In this document: positions 53,881 to 64,000 of the stretch, in pieces
Position numbering within the stretch: position 1 is the first letter of the stretch
Layout of the letters: every line of letters begins with the position of its first letter
Assembly (NCBI RefSeq): GCF_006345805.1
Contig: NC_043006.1
Location: 18,724,001 to 18,788,000 of the forward strand
Direction of reading: 5' to 3'
Length of the DNA: 64,000 nucleotides
DNA from: Octopus sinensis
Taxonomy: Eukaryota
Made by a program: the position numbers and the translations under genes
Notes under the pieces: model-generated
Seen by the model: the letters and a program-made list of their open reading frames with translations, nothing else
Database searches by the model: none
What the model was told of the DNA's origin: nothing

Positions 53881-54169
53881 TCGGCAGTTCGTAGTATCGT
53901 CTTCGAAGTCCAAGTACATTTTACAGTTCGAGTGAGTGTGTTGGAAATATTGATTGTTGGTTCGTTGCGTGTTTGTTACTAACGCTGTTTCTATTTTGTA
54001 TTGCTATAACACTGTTACAGTGTATTGTTTATCTATCGTTGACAAAATCAACCGTACTACGATATTGGAGGCATAAGGACAGTGGTCAGTTACTTTGGCC
54101 ACTAATGAAGTTTAGCTGATAGGGAGTATAGAATCTGTTAGAATGTCGCTAACTGCAAAACTACGTAGT

Positions 54170-54560
54170 ATTCTCATATCATTCACGTTTTCATTTTCGT
54201 TTACAGTGTTGAGAAGAAGGTCAATTTCAGATCTTTTATCTTAATAAAGTTACAATCACTAACTTTCTTCCTATGTTCCACAAATTCTGCTTGTTGGCCT
54301 TATTGCTTCGAAGTAAAATGATTCAATTCTGGATGCAGGTTGTCCCAATATGATTTCAATCAATTCATATAGCCAACAGCGGGGTTTTGTTTCGCTCTTT
54401 TTTTAGCAGTTAAATAATCATTATTCAATTCACAACTCCAAGAAAAACGAGTTTGTAATTACGGTTTCTTGTACAGTTAGCAAAAATCTGTTTACCTGTC
54501 GAGCTGTTGTGTTGTTGTTGCTGTTGTGCCAAGCCATGTTGTCTGTAGTAACTCTCTGCA
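54170..54560 (-). mobile_element. Possible N-terminal relic of an R4/NeSL-type LINE ORF
   Basis: Broken frame ..AKKRAKQNPAVGYMN*LKSYWDNLHPELNHFTSKQ* resembles the N-terminal region of such ORFs, from memory. Confidence 0.45.
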
Positions 54561-54772
54561 TGATAAATTCAAGTTTGAGTCGAAAATCACAACGGCTATA
54601 AATAAAAGACTCCCTCAGTTAATTCATCTGAACATAACCAGTTATTTAACAGGGCTGACAGTCGTGGCTCTAAAGCTGGAGACAGTATTCATCGTATTTT
54701 CGATAAGTAGTTTCCCACTCCAAATACGTGACTTGTCGCTTTGATATATGTATGTATGTATGCATGCATATA

Positions 54773-55005
54773 TATTTCTTTACTACCCACAAGGGGCTAA
54801 ACACAGAGGGGATAAACAAGGACAGATAAACGGATTAAGTCGATTATATCGACTCCAGTGCGTAAATGGTACTTAATTTATCGACCCCGAAAGGATGAAA
54901 GGCAAAGTCGACCTCGGCGAAATTTGAACCCAGAACGTAACGCCAGACGAAATACGGCTACGCATTTCTCCCGGCGTGCTAACGTTTCTGCCAGCTCGCC
55001 GCCTT
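54773..55005 (-). mobile_element. tRNA-derived SINE (235-bp family)
   Basis: Reverse complement of the array unit. Confidence 0.92.
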
Positions 55006-56491
55006 AATAATACATACATACATATATGCATGCATATATGTATGTATTTTGTAGGTATGAATTTGTGTGTGTGTGTGTGTGGTGTGTGTGTGTATCAACA
55101 CAAAGATATATATTTACTTACATACAAATTTACGCGCGCATACATACAAACATATAAGTATGTAATTTCGAATTAGGTTTTCATCTGTTGAATAAACAAG
55201 AATTTCGGTCAAGAAACATACTGGGAACGACATTTTCTAATTATTTAGCTGTTTACTTTTTGGTTTCTGAATGTTAAAATTGTAGAATATGAGACGACGG
55301 TAAACAGTAACGCTGGCATCTTAATTCAAAGACATACACGCATACATAAGTGCCGAAAATGTATATGTAGATAATAAGATATACCATTGTTGCTCACACA
55401 CTGTATGTATGTATGTATGTATGTATGTATGTATGTATGTATGTATGTATGTATGTATGTATGTATGTGTGTGTGTATGTATGTATGTATGTATGTATGT
55501 ATGTACGTATATATGTATGTATGTAATGCATGTATATATAGATACATATGTGAAAACACAGGCACACGCACACATATATGTATATATACAAATTATATTA
55601 TACTCTGAAGAGTTTTGAAACCTTTTACTGAGTTTCACGTTTAAGACGATTGAAGAACAAATCCATTTGATAATATATATGCAATAGCCTTCGTAACTTT
55701 ATCAAAATTTTATTTGTTGTCGATGTCTAATTATTTCATGCACACACACATACACACACTCACACACACACACTATGCTGTTAGAAGTTTCTCAAATATT
55801 TAGCTATTTAACTCTCCTAAAATTTGTACTTTTCAAATTCAGTCATTTGTATAATTGGAAATGTTACGCTCAGAAATTGTTATACTAACAATTCAAGCGG
55901 TTCGAAATGTGAGCTTTGTCTTCTGTGGAAGTATAACATCCAATTAAGGCCTAATTCTAAAAAAAGATTTCCTGAGAAAAAGATTGAAAATTAATTGACA
56001 AAATCAGTTGGTTTCTTGCAGAACGTTTTAAGTTACTCATATCAAAACACTAGAGATCATATATTTGCTCCCCACCACCCGAACTTCTTGCTAAAGGAGT
56101 TGATTCATAGATTACTGGCAAGCGTTTTCTTAATCTTGAAATACTTGTTTGTGCTGCAGAATTTCTCCACAAGAAAATTATGGTTCACCTGAAACAAAAT
56201 ACTCTATTTCCAGAAAATCAGTCAAATGAAGACAAAATGAAATGTCTGAACATGATTGCGAGCAATTAATTACAATTTTAGAGTTGGTTTTCGCTGTAAA
56301 TTAACTTCTGTTTTGTGTATGGATGCAATCAATCTCCAAGAGGCTATTGTATTCTTGAAACTTTAGCCAAACGACACTTTTATACTGTTCATTTTCTATC
56401 TACAGAGAAAGTATCCAAAGACCTATGTCACATTCCACTGAAACAAATATTGATTCAGGGTTATTGAGAATGCGCTTGTATAAGAATTAGT

Positions 56492-56875
56492 GTGGAGGCG
56501 CAATGGCCCAGTGGTTAGGGCAGCGGACTCGAGGTCGTAGGATCGCGGTTTCGATTCCCAGACCGGGCGTTGTGAGTGTTTATTGAGCGAAAACACCTAA
56601 AGCTCCACGAGGCTCCGGCAGGGATGGTGGTGATCCCTGCTGTACTCTTTCACCACAACTTTCTCTCACTCTTACTTCCCGTTTCTGTTGTACCTGTATT
56701 TCAAAGGGCCGGCCTTGTCACTCTCTGTGTCACGCTGAATATCCCCGAGAACTACGTTAAGGGTACACGTGTCTGTGGAGTGCTCAGCCACTTACACGTT
56801 AATTTCACGAGCAGGCTGTTCCGTTGATCGGATCAACCGGAACCCTCATTGTCGTAACCGACAGAGTGCTTCCAC
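56492..56875 (+). mobile_element. Full-length about 385-bp SINE
   Basis: Exact 12-bp TSD ATAAGAATTAGT at 56480-56491 and 56876-56887. Confidence 0.95.
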
Positions 56876-57913
56876 ATAAGAATTAGTAAAGAAACATATA
56901 TAAGAAGAAGGAAAGAAATTGAAGCATGTATTTTGAATATGAACATTTTATAGGTGATAGAGAATAGTTGGCTGTAAAGTGCACGGGTGACAACCTAAAA
57001 CAAGCTCTTTTTTGTCAGCATCAACAATTTCCACGTTTTATTTAATCTAACGCCCTTAATGACAGGCGTTTTAAGCAATTTTGTGTTAATGAGGAATTTG
57101 AAATTTTTTTGCCGTAAAGAAACAGGATGCAACCCTGGAAGAAAAGGAGTTTGCATCAGTTCCCGCTTTTGCTCATATATAGCAGAGTAGATTGAAATGA
57201 CGAGATACGATGTGTTTTGATCAAGGACACCCTAACCACTAGGCCAGACGCTTTCGGAGACAGAACATCGAAAAGTTTAAAGGTGTTCTAAGTCATATGA
57301 GAGAAATGGTGATGAATGCCTGTTACAGAACTGAGAAGAGACTATAAAAATTTTTAGAAGTTATACCAAAAATTTATATCACACAATCCAATATTTTCTC
57401 TACATTTACTATCGAATATATATTTATAACTTTTCTGTCATTAACAGATGTAGTAGTAATTAACAAGTTTTTCTTCCCTATATTTCCGTTGCGGGAATAT
57501 TAAGTACCTTTCTGTCTCCATTTATCTCCGTTTCCTTTCCACTCGATTGCAAATGATAGCTAACAAACACACACACATTCACACACACACATTCACACAC
57601 ACACACACACACACATTAGAAGAGATACCCGGCGTTGCTCGGGATTAAAATGACACAGTTTCTTATTGCTTTACTTGTTTCGATCATGTAAGTGCGGACC
57701 CGCTGGAGCACCGTATTTAGTCGAAGAAACCAACCCGAGGATTTATTCTTTTAAAGTCTAGTACTTATTCTGTCGGAGTTTTGCTAAACAACTACGTTAC
57801 GGAGACGTAAACACAGCGACATCGGTTGTCAAGGGATCGTGGGGGTACAAGCACACATACACAAATATACATACACACATATATATATACATATATATAT
57901 ACACACACACACC

Positions 57914-57958
<45 letters not shown>

Positions 57959-57967
57959 TCACTTTAC

Positions 57968-59007
57968 CACACACCGAACTTTTCAGAAATAGCAGCCAAA
58001 AATTTGGCTATTTCTTCAACTGCAAATAAAAGTCTCCAGACAATGCATACTCAGAAAATAACTCACATAGGTATAAGGGAAAAAACAATGAAAGGTCACA
58101 TCCATATACGATACCCGAGGACAGTCTGTTTCTGGATTTGTGGGTAAAACGCCACTTTTCCTTCATCAGCTCAGAGATTTCTTCTGATTTAGATTTGAAA
58201 ATACTAAGAATCAAACATACCCGTCCGATATCTGTAACATCGGACAAACCATGCCAGGCACCCAGTACTAGCGAATCCAAAAATACGAATTTTTTCCTGG
58301 TAAAATGAAAAGCTAGTTTAACAGACTGACTAGGTATTGATTAAAATGTCTCTTAAATATTACTGGTATTTCATATTAGCCTTTGGGAAGGCGACGAAGT
58401 GGTAGATTCGTCAACATGCCAGGCAAAATGGTTAGCGCCATTTTGTCCTTCTTCACGTTGTGAGCTAAGATTCCACTCAGCTTGACTTTACCTTTCATTC
58501 TTTCGGGCTCAAAAAAAAAAACTATCGGTGGATCAACGGTGTCGACGTAATCGGCTTACCCACTCCCCCAAAATTATTGGCCTTGTGCAAAATTTGAATG
58601 AAGAGTTTGCTTTTAGTAGGTGAGTCATTCTTCCAATGATATTCGAACTTTGAGAACGGACACAAGTAACGGTGAAACGAGAAGACTCCTGTATCATTAC
58701 TATGATATGGGCTGTATTCGATGCTAACAGGAAAGGTGAGAAGGCCATGGCTGGAATATTTATTGAGAATATATCAACTTGGTGAGAGACGACATGGTAC
58801 TAAGCAACAATATCAGTAATAATTTCTAATAAAACTTTGATGTCGATTCATCAGATGTGCCAACATAGATTATTATTAAAGGCAAATAGACGCAAAATAC
58901 ACTATACCAGATCTTTACATCATCATTTATTATGTAACGTCTTCTGTTTCCTTGATCGTTTCCTCGTATTTCTATTACTTTCGCACATTCTTTGTACACT
59001 ATATGAG
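57968..59007 (-). CDS. Candidate exon chain of an unidentified gene (59007-58908, 58750-58560, 58267-58115, 58019-57968)
   Basis: GT-AG boundaries with compatible phases and open frames, e.g. HIVYKECAKVIEIRGNDQGNRRRYIINDDVKI and EEIAKFLAAISEKFGV. One donor lies in SINE-derived sequence; no family recognised. Confidence 0.25.
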
Positions 59008-59124
59008 CTAATGTGAGAACAACGCAATATGTCTTCACTTACTTTAGCGCTAAGAGCATGGTACAGACCTTGATAGAGAAAATTTGTTTTTGTCCAAAAA
59101 ATGATATTTCCGAATATATATATA

Positions 59125-59167
<43 letters not shown>

Positions 59168-59170
59168 ATA

Positions 59171-60585
59171 TAATCAATATAGGGTGGCAAAAAAAATTTT
59201 GTAGAATTTTTTTGCCACCAGCGGCCTAGTGGGAAAAAATTAAATAGTCATAGACCATTTTTAGTTCAACATCAACAATCAAGGAACGGCCATAATAGGC
59301 CATTCACCCACTAGAAATAACAGCCAAAGCTTCAACCGCAAATAAAAATTAATTCCGTAGACCAGGAGAAAATTTAAAAAACATTTACCCTGTAATTTCT
59401 TATACGATGCACCGTTTCATCTGCTGTTTAATGGTAAAACTAACTGATTAAATTAAATCAAGCCAATCTTCCATAGGCCCTCAGATTCTTCAGTAAGAAA
59501 TAGCCCAAGTCGGAACAGATATTTTCACGAGGCATTTCCGACCCTGCCAAGGTAATATCTGACCTAAAATTTTCAAATCGTCGCACTCGCGCCAAATTTA
59601 TCGGCAGCAAATAAATATAAGCCGTCGATTCCATTACGGAATTAACCAGAAAATTCATAATTAATCAATATAGGGGGGCAAAAAAAAATTTTGTAGAATT
59701 TTTTTGCCACCAGCGGCCTAGTGGGAAAAAATTAAATAGTCATAGACCATTTTTAAGTTCAACATCAACAATCAAGGAACGGCCATAATAGGCCATTCAC
59801 CCACTAGAAATAACAGCCAAAGCTTCAACCGCAAATAAAAATTAATTCCGTAAACCAGGAGAAAATTTAAAAAACATTTACCCTGTAATTTCTTATACGA
59901 TGCACCGTTTCATCTGCTGTTTAATGGTAAACTAACCTGATTAAATTAAATCAAGCCAATCTTCCATAGGCCCTCAGATTCTTCAGTAAGAAATAGCCCA
60001 AGTCGGCAGAAAAATTCTACAAAATTTACCCTGTAATTTCTTATACGATGCACCGTTTCATCTGCTGTTTAATGGTAAACTAACCTGATTAAATTAAATC
60101 AAGCCAATCTTCCATAGGCCCTCAGATTCTTCAGTAAGAAATAGCCCAAGTCGGCAAAAAAATTCTACAAAATTTTTTTTGCCCCCCTATATTGATTAAT
60201 TATGAATTTTCTGGTTAATTCCGTAATGGAATCGACGGCTTATATTTATTTGCTGCCGATAAATTTGGCGCGAGTGCGACGATTTGAAAACTTTAGGTCA
60301 GATATTACCTTGGCAGGGTCGGAAATGCCTCGTGAAAATATCTGTTCCGACTTGGGCTATTTCTTACTGAAGAATCTGAGGGCCTATGGAAGATTGGCTT
60401 GATTTAATTTAATCAGGTTAGTTTACCATTAAACAGCAGATGAAACGGTGCATCGTATAAGAAATTACAGGGTAAATGTTTTTTAAATTTTCTCCTGGTT
60501 TACGGAATTAATTTTTATTTGCGGTTGAAGCTTTGGCTGTTATTTCTAGTGGGTGAATGGCCTATTATGGCCGTTCCTTGATTGT

Positions 60586-60589
<4 letters not shown>
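59171..60589. repeat. Complex rearranged repeat: 491-bp tandem unit plus about 437-bp inverted repeat
   Basis: Units start at 59171 and 59662. 59271-59708 is the reverse complement of 60153-60589. Identical 66-aa ORFs appear on opposite strands. Confidence 0.92.
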
Positions 60590-60637
<48 letters not shown>

Positions 60638-61379
60638 GTGTGTACACACACACACACACTAAATTTCCATAGATTTTTCCAATTTCAGGATACCATAATT
60701 CAATGTAAAGTGGTTGTAATACATACCGAATGGTATAAGAAACCGTAGCAAGTGATTGTTTCAAATTTATAACAATGAGAATATACCAAATGGGTAAATT
60801 ACATTTTCAGTCTCTTACAAACAAGCATTTGAAATACAGGAGAGTAAGAATACGCCTCTAAAGAGACGGTACGTACGTAGAGACATGTGTGTATGAGCAT
60901 TGTGTAAACATGTGTGTGTTTGTGTGTGTGTATGAGTATGTCTGATTGTGTGTGTCTGTGTGAGTGTATAAATATGCGGGTATGTATATACACACACGCA
61001 AAAACACACTCATGCAATCACATACATACACACATATATGCACGCATACACATACATGAGGAGCACTCCGTCGGTTACGCAACGAGGCGCCCGGCTGATA
61101 CGATCAACGGAAGAGCTTGCTCGTGAAATTAACGTGCAAATTAACTGAGCAATCAACAGACACGTGTAATCCTAATGTAGTTCTTAGGGAGATTCAGCGT
61201 GACACAGAGTGTGACAAGGCCGGCCCCTTGAAATACAGGTACTACTCACTTTTGCCAGCTGAATGCACTGGAGCGACGTGAAATAAGGTGTCTTGCTCAA
61301 GGACACAACGCGTCGCTGGGAATGAACTTGCAACCTTACAATCGCTAGTTGAATACCCGAACCACTAAACAACGCGCCT

Positions 61380-61740
61380 TCATACATACATACATACATA
61401 CATACATACATACATACATGAATACATACACACATACATACATACATACATACATACATACATACATACATACATACATGAATACATACATACATACATA
61501 CATACATACATACATACATACATGAATACATACATACATACATACATACATACATACATACATACATACATACATGAATACATACATACACACATACATA
61601 CATACATACATACATACATACATACATACATACATACATACATACATACATGAATACATACACACATACATACATACATACATACATACATACATACATA
61701 CATACATACATACATACATGAATACATACATACATACATA
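61380..61740. repeat. (CATA)n microsatellite with periodic CATGAATA variants
   Basis: Directly visible. Confidence 0.95.
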
Positions 61741-61741
61741 T

Positions 61742-61778
61742 AAAAGCATTGTGAGTGAAATTGGTATACGTATGTATG

Positions 61779-61812
<34 letters not shown>

Positions 61813-61967
61813 TGTATGTATGTATGTATGTATGTATGTACGTACGTACGTACGTACGTACGTATGTATGTATGTATGTGTGTGTATGTTAAGTTAAGCC
61901 AAAAACTTAACTTAACATACATACACACACTTACATACATACGTACGTACATACATACATACATACA

Positions 61968-62001
<34 letters not shown>

Positions 62002-62038
62002 CATACATACGTCTACCAATTTCACTCACAATGCTTTT
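61742..62038. repeat. Fold-back of a SINE tail and microsatellite
   Basis: 25-bp outer arms (61742-61766 and 62014-62038), (TATG)n/(CATA)n between them, and inner arms GTTAAGTTAAG/CTTAACTTAAC around a 7-nt loop. Confidence 0.88.
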
Positions 62039-62313
62039 GTTGACCCGAGGCTATTGTAGAAATCTTTGCCCAAGGACTTGCTGAAAATTATCATAAATAT
62101 GGAATAAACATTTAATTGCGAGGCGCTACCATGAAATAGTATAGATAAGTATAAACAAAATACGCACGACAAAATAGAAGCAACGTGACCATACTCCTTC
62201 AGTAACTGCCGACGGATGGTCCGAAGCCCTAACTGTTTAATGTCATTTACTACCTCTTCTTGTATATATAGTTCATCATAGTTTTGCGAGTTAAATTTTC
62301 GTTTAATCATATG

Positions 62314-62399
<86 letters not shown>

Positions 62400-62501
62400 G
62401 TTAATCCAAACATGAAAACACAAAGAAAAAACACAACAACGCGAGGACATGGAACAAGTATAGTGTTATTGGACACTCAGGAAAGGAAAGAAAGAAGGAG
62501 G

Positions 62502-62536
62502 ATTTAACGTTTCGAGCGGAGCTCTTCGTCAGAAAC
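62502..62536 (-). ncRNA. Candidate minimal type I hammerhead ribozyme (Penelope-like terminal repeat)
   Basis: Minus strand: GUUU-CUGACGA-A-GAGC-UCC-GCUC-GAAA-CG-U-U-AAAU. Confidence 0.6.
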
Positions 62537-63132
62537 ATAGGAAAAGGAAAGATTAGAAAACAAAATTATTTTATTCCACACGGGTAGAAAATACAAGAAA
62601 AAAGAATTTGAAAATGCACTGAGAACAGTAAAAATATTTTTTATTAATATATTTAAAGCCTTAACCGGTTTCCCAGCTTACACTGATTTTCAAAAAGTTC
62701 AAACAGAAAGCCGTTGTTTATGTCGCAGCTGCCTTGCTTCTGACTGGTGTTTGAAGCTTGTCCTATTTTTATAGGAGGTTCATGGCTCAAATTAGTTTAT
62801 CTCTTGTATACGATTTGATTGGTAGAGGACAGTCACATGACTGGTCTTAGAAATCTTTGTAGGTTCCCCGATACGTCTGTGTGTTAGTATCAAGTAACAA
62901 GGTTTGGTGTCGTAAGTTAAGGCTGACACGGTTGACCGAACATGTCCGAACATATACAGGTCGTCGTCTTGTTTTGATAACAAAACGCGGGTGCACTTTT
63001 CTGTTGGTTCATACGCCGAAAACGCCTTTGTTTTTCACTTAAAAAATTTCGATGCACGAAACTGGCGACCCTTGAGTCATTTTTGTAAATTATGATGGTG
63101 ATATCTGTCTGTCTGGCTCTCTCTCTCTCTCT

Positions 63133-63244
63133 AAAACCTGTTACTCTGAGTTTCACGTTCCCGTTCGTCGGACAGTTTTTGCTAGAATATTCTAGCAAAA
63201 ACTGTCCGACGAACGGGAACGTGAAACTGAGAGTAACAGGTTTT
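63133..63244. repeat. 112-bp palindrome with no spacer and one mismatch
   Basis: 56-bp arms centred on GAAT|ATTC (63188/63189). Confidence 0.95.
63202..63239 (+). ncRNA. Candidate type I hammerhead ribozyme, U4C core variant (mirror copy at 63138-63175 on -)
   Basis: CUGU-CCGACGA-ACG-GGAA-CGU-GAAA-CU-GAG-AG-U-A-ACAG: all three stems pair; predicted cleavage after GUA at 63235. Confidence 0.6.
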
Positions 63245-64000
63245 GTTGAATTTTCTGCTGATTTTAAATAAAGCATATTACTCTACCACTGGTATTTGAG
63301 TACTCTTTTTTCCACCTTGTTTCACATTTATGTGTTTACTCCGGTATATATATATTAAAAATGGCTTTTCACTACACAATTATGTAGCGTATACTTTATT
63401 ATGACAGTTAAATGCCCTAACGAGATCTCATCCAAGTTATGGGTAGACTTTATATCAATTTGACTCTTCAATTTGTGAAACAGTTAAGTTTTCCTTGAGG
63501 CCTCTCGTATCATAATACGCTTAATAATTACTATTATTATATTATACTATATAATATTTTATGTTTACATTCATTATGTTATATTTTATTTATTTTATCA
63601 TACTATATTACATTTAAAGCAATTAGTCAATTAGATATTTCCTTCGAAAGTCATTGTAAACAGTTATTTTTCCTTAATTAGAGTCAATATTCGGTCTTTA
63701 TTGTTCCAGACATAAAAGTGAGCGAAAACACAATAAGATAAATATCAATTATTCATATCTCCATTTTCTAACTGTCTATGACGTATTCAATGAAGAAAAG
63801 CCAATACGTGACCTTCACACGTGGTTGTCGAATAAATATTTACTAATCAATCTGTACATTAACGGAAAGCATTCTGAGATACATTCTTTCGTTTAAAACA
63901 AACAGTATTTACAAAAATGACCCGAAATATCAAAAGTCGCGACACAAATGACTTTATCATACACTTTTGAAAATCAAATATGAAACCGGTCAAGACGTAT

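Noticed and set aside
58826-58910. GPCR TM5-like stretch YSVFCVYLPLIIIYV
   Set aside because: Isolated hydrophobic run in AT-rich sequence ending in a stop; no other recognisable transmembrane segments.
61184-61988. 134-202 aa MYVC/HTYI ORFs
   Set aside because: Stop-free tetranucleotide repeats, not genes. The same applies to the poly-I, poly-N, poly-Y and YIYI ORFs elsewhere.

Overview
AT-rich eukaryotic DNA dense in microsatellites ((TA)n, (AAT)n, (GATA)n, (CATA)n, (CA)n) and dominated by transposon relics. The repeat families suggest a coleoid cephalopod (Octopus-like) genome; this is an inference from recognised repeat types, not a database match. I recognise no intact host gene, rRNA, true tRNA gene or CRISPR array, and most long ORFs in the track are translated microsatellites. 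Supported content: decayed mariner transposons; three subfamilies of R4/Dong-like LINEs with restriction-like endonuclease, mostly ending in (AAT)n; L1/Tx1 and CR1-group LINE fragments; many tRNA-derived SINEs, several with exact target-site duplications (TSDs) and one six-copy tandem array; and a Helitron/Helentron-type dimer. Main observations: (1) several candidate type I hammerhead ribozymes in Penelope-like repeats, including a 112-bp palindrome made of two inverted ribozyme motifs; (2) a recurrent 554-bp non-coding element that co-inserts with the R4-like LINEs in (AAT)n tracts and may be their non-autonomous partner; (3) many near-perfect fold-back structures, some of which may be long-read assembly artefacts. 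A few candidate spliced exons of unidentified genes are listed at low confidence.
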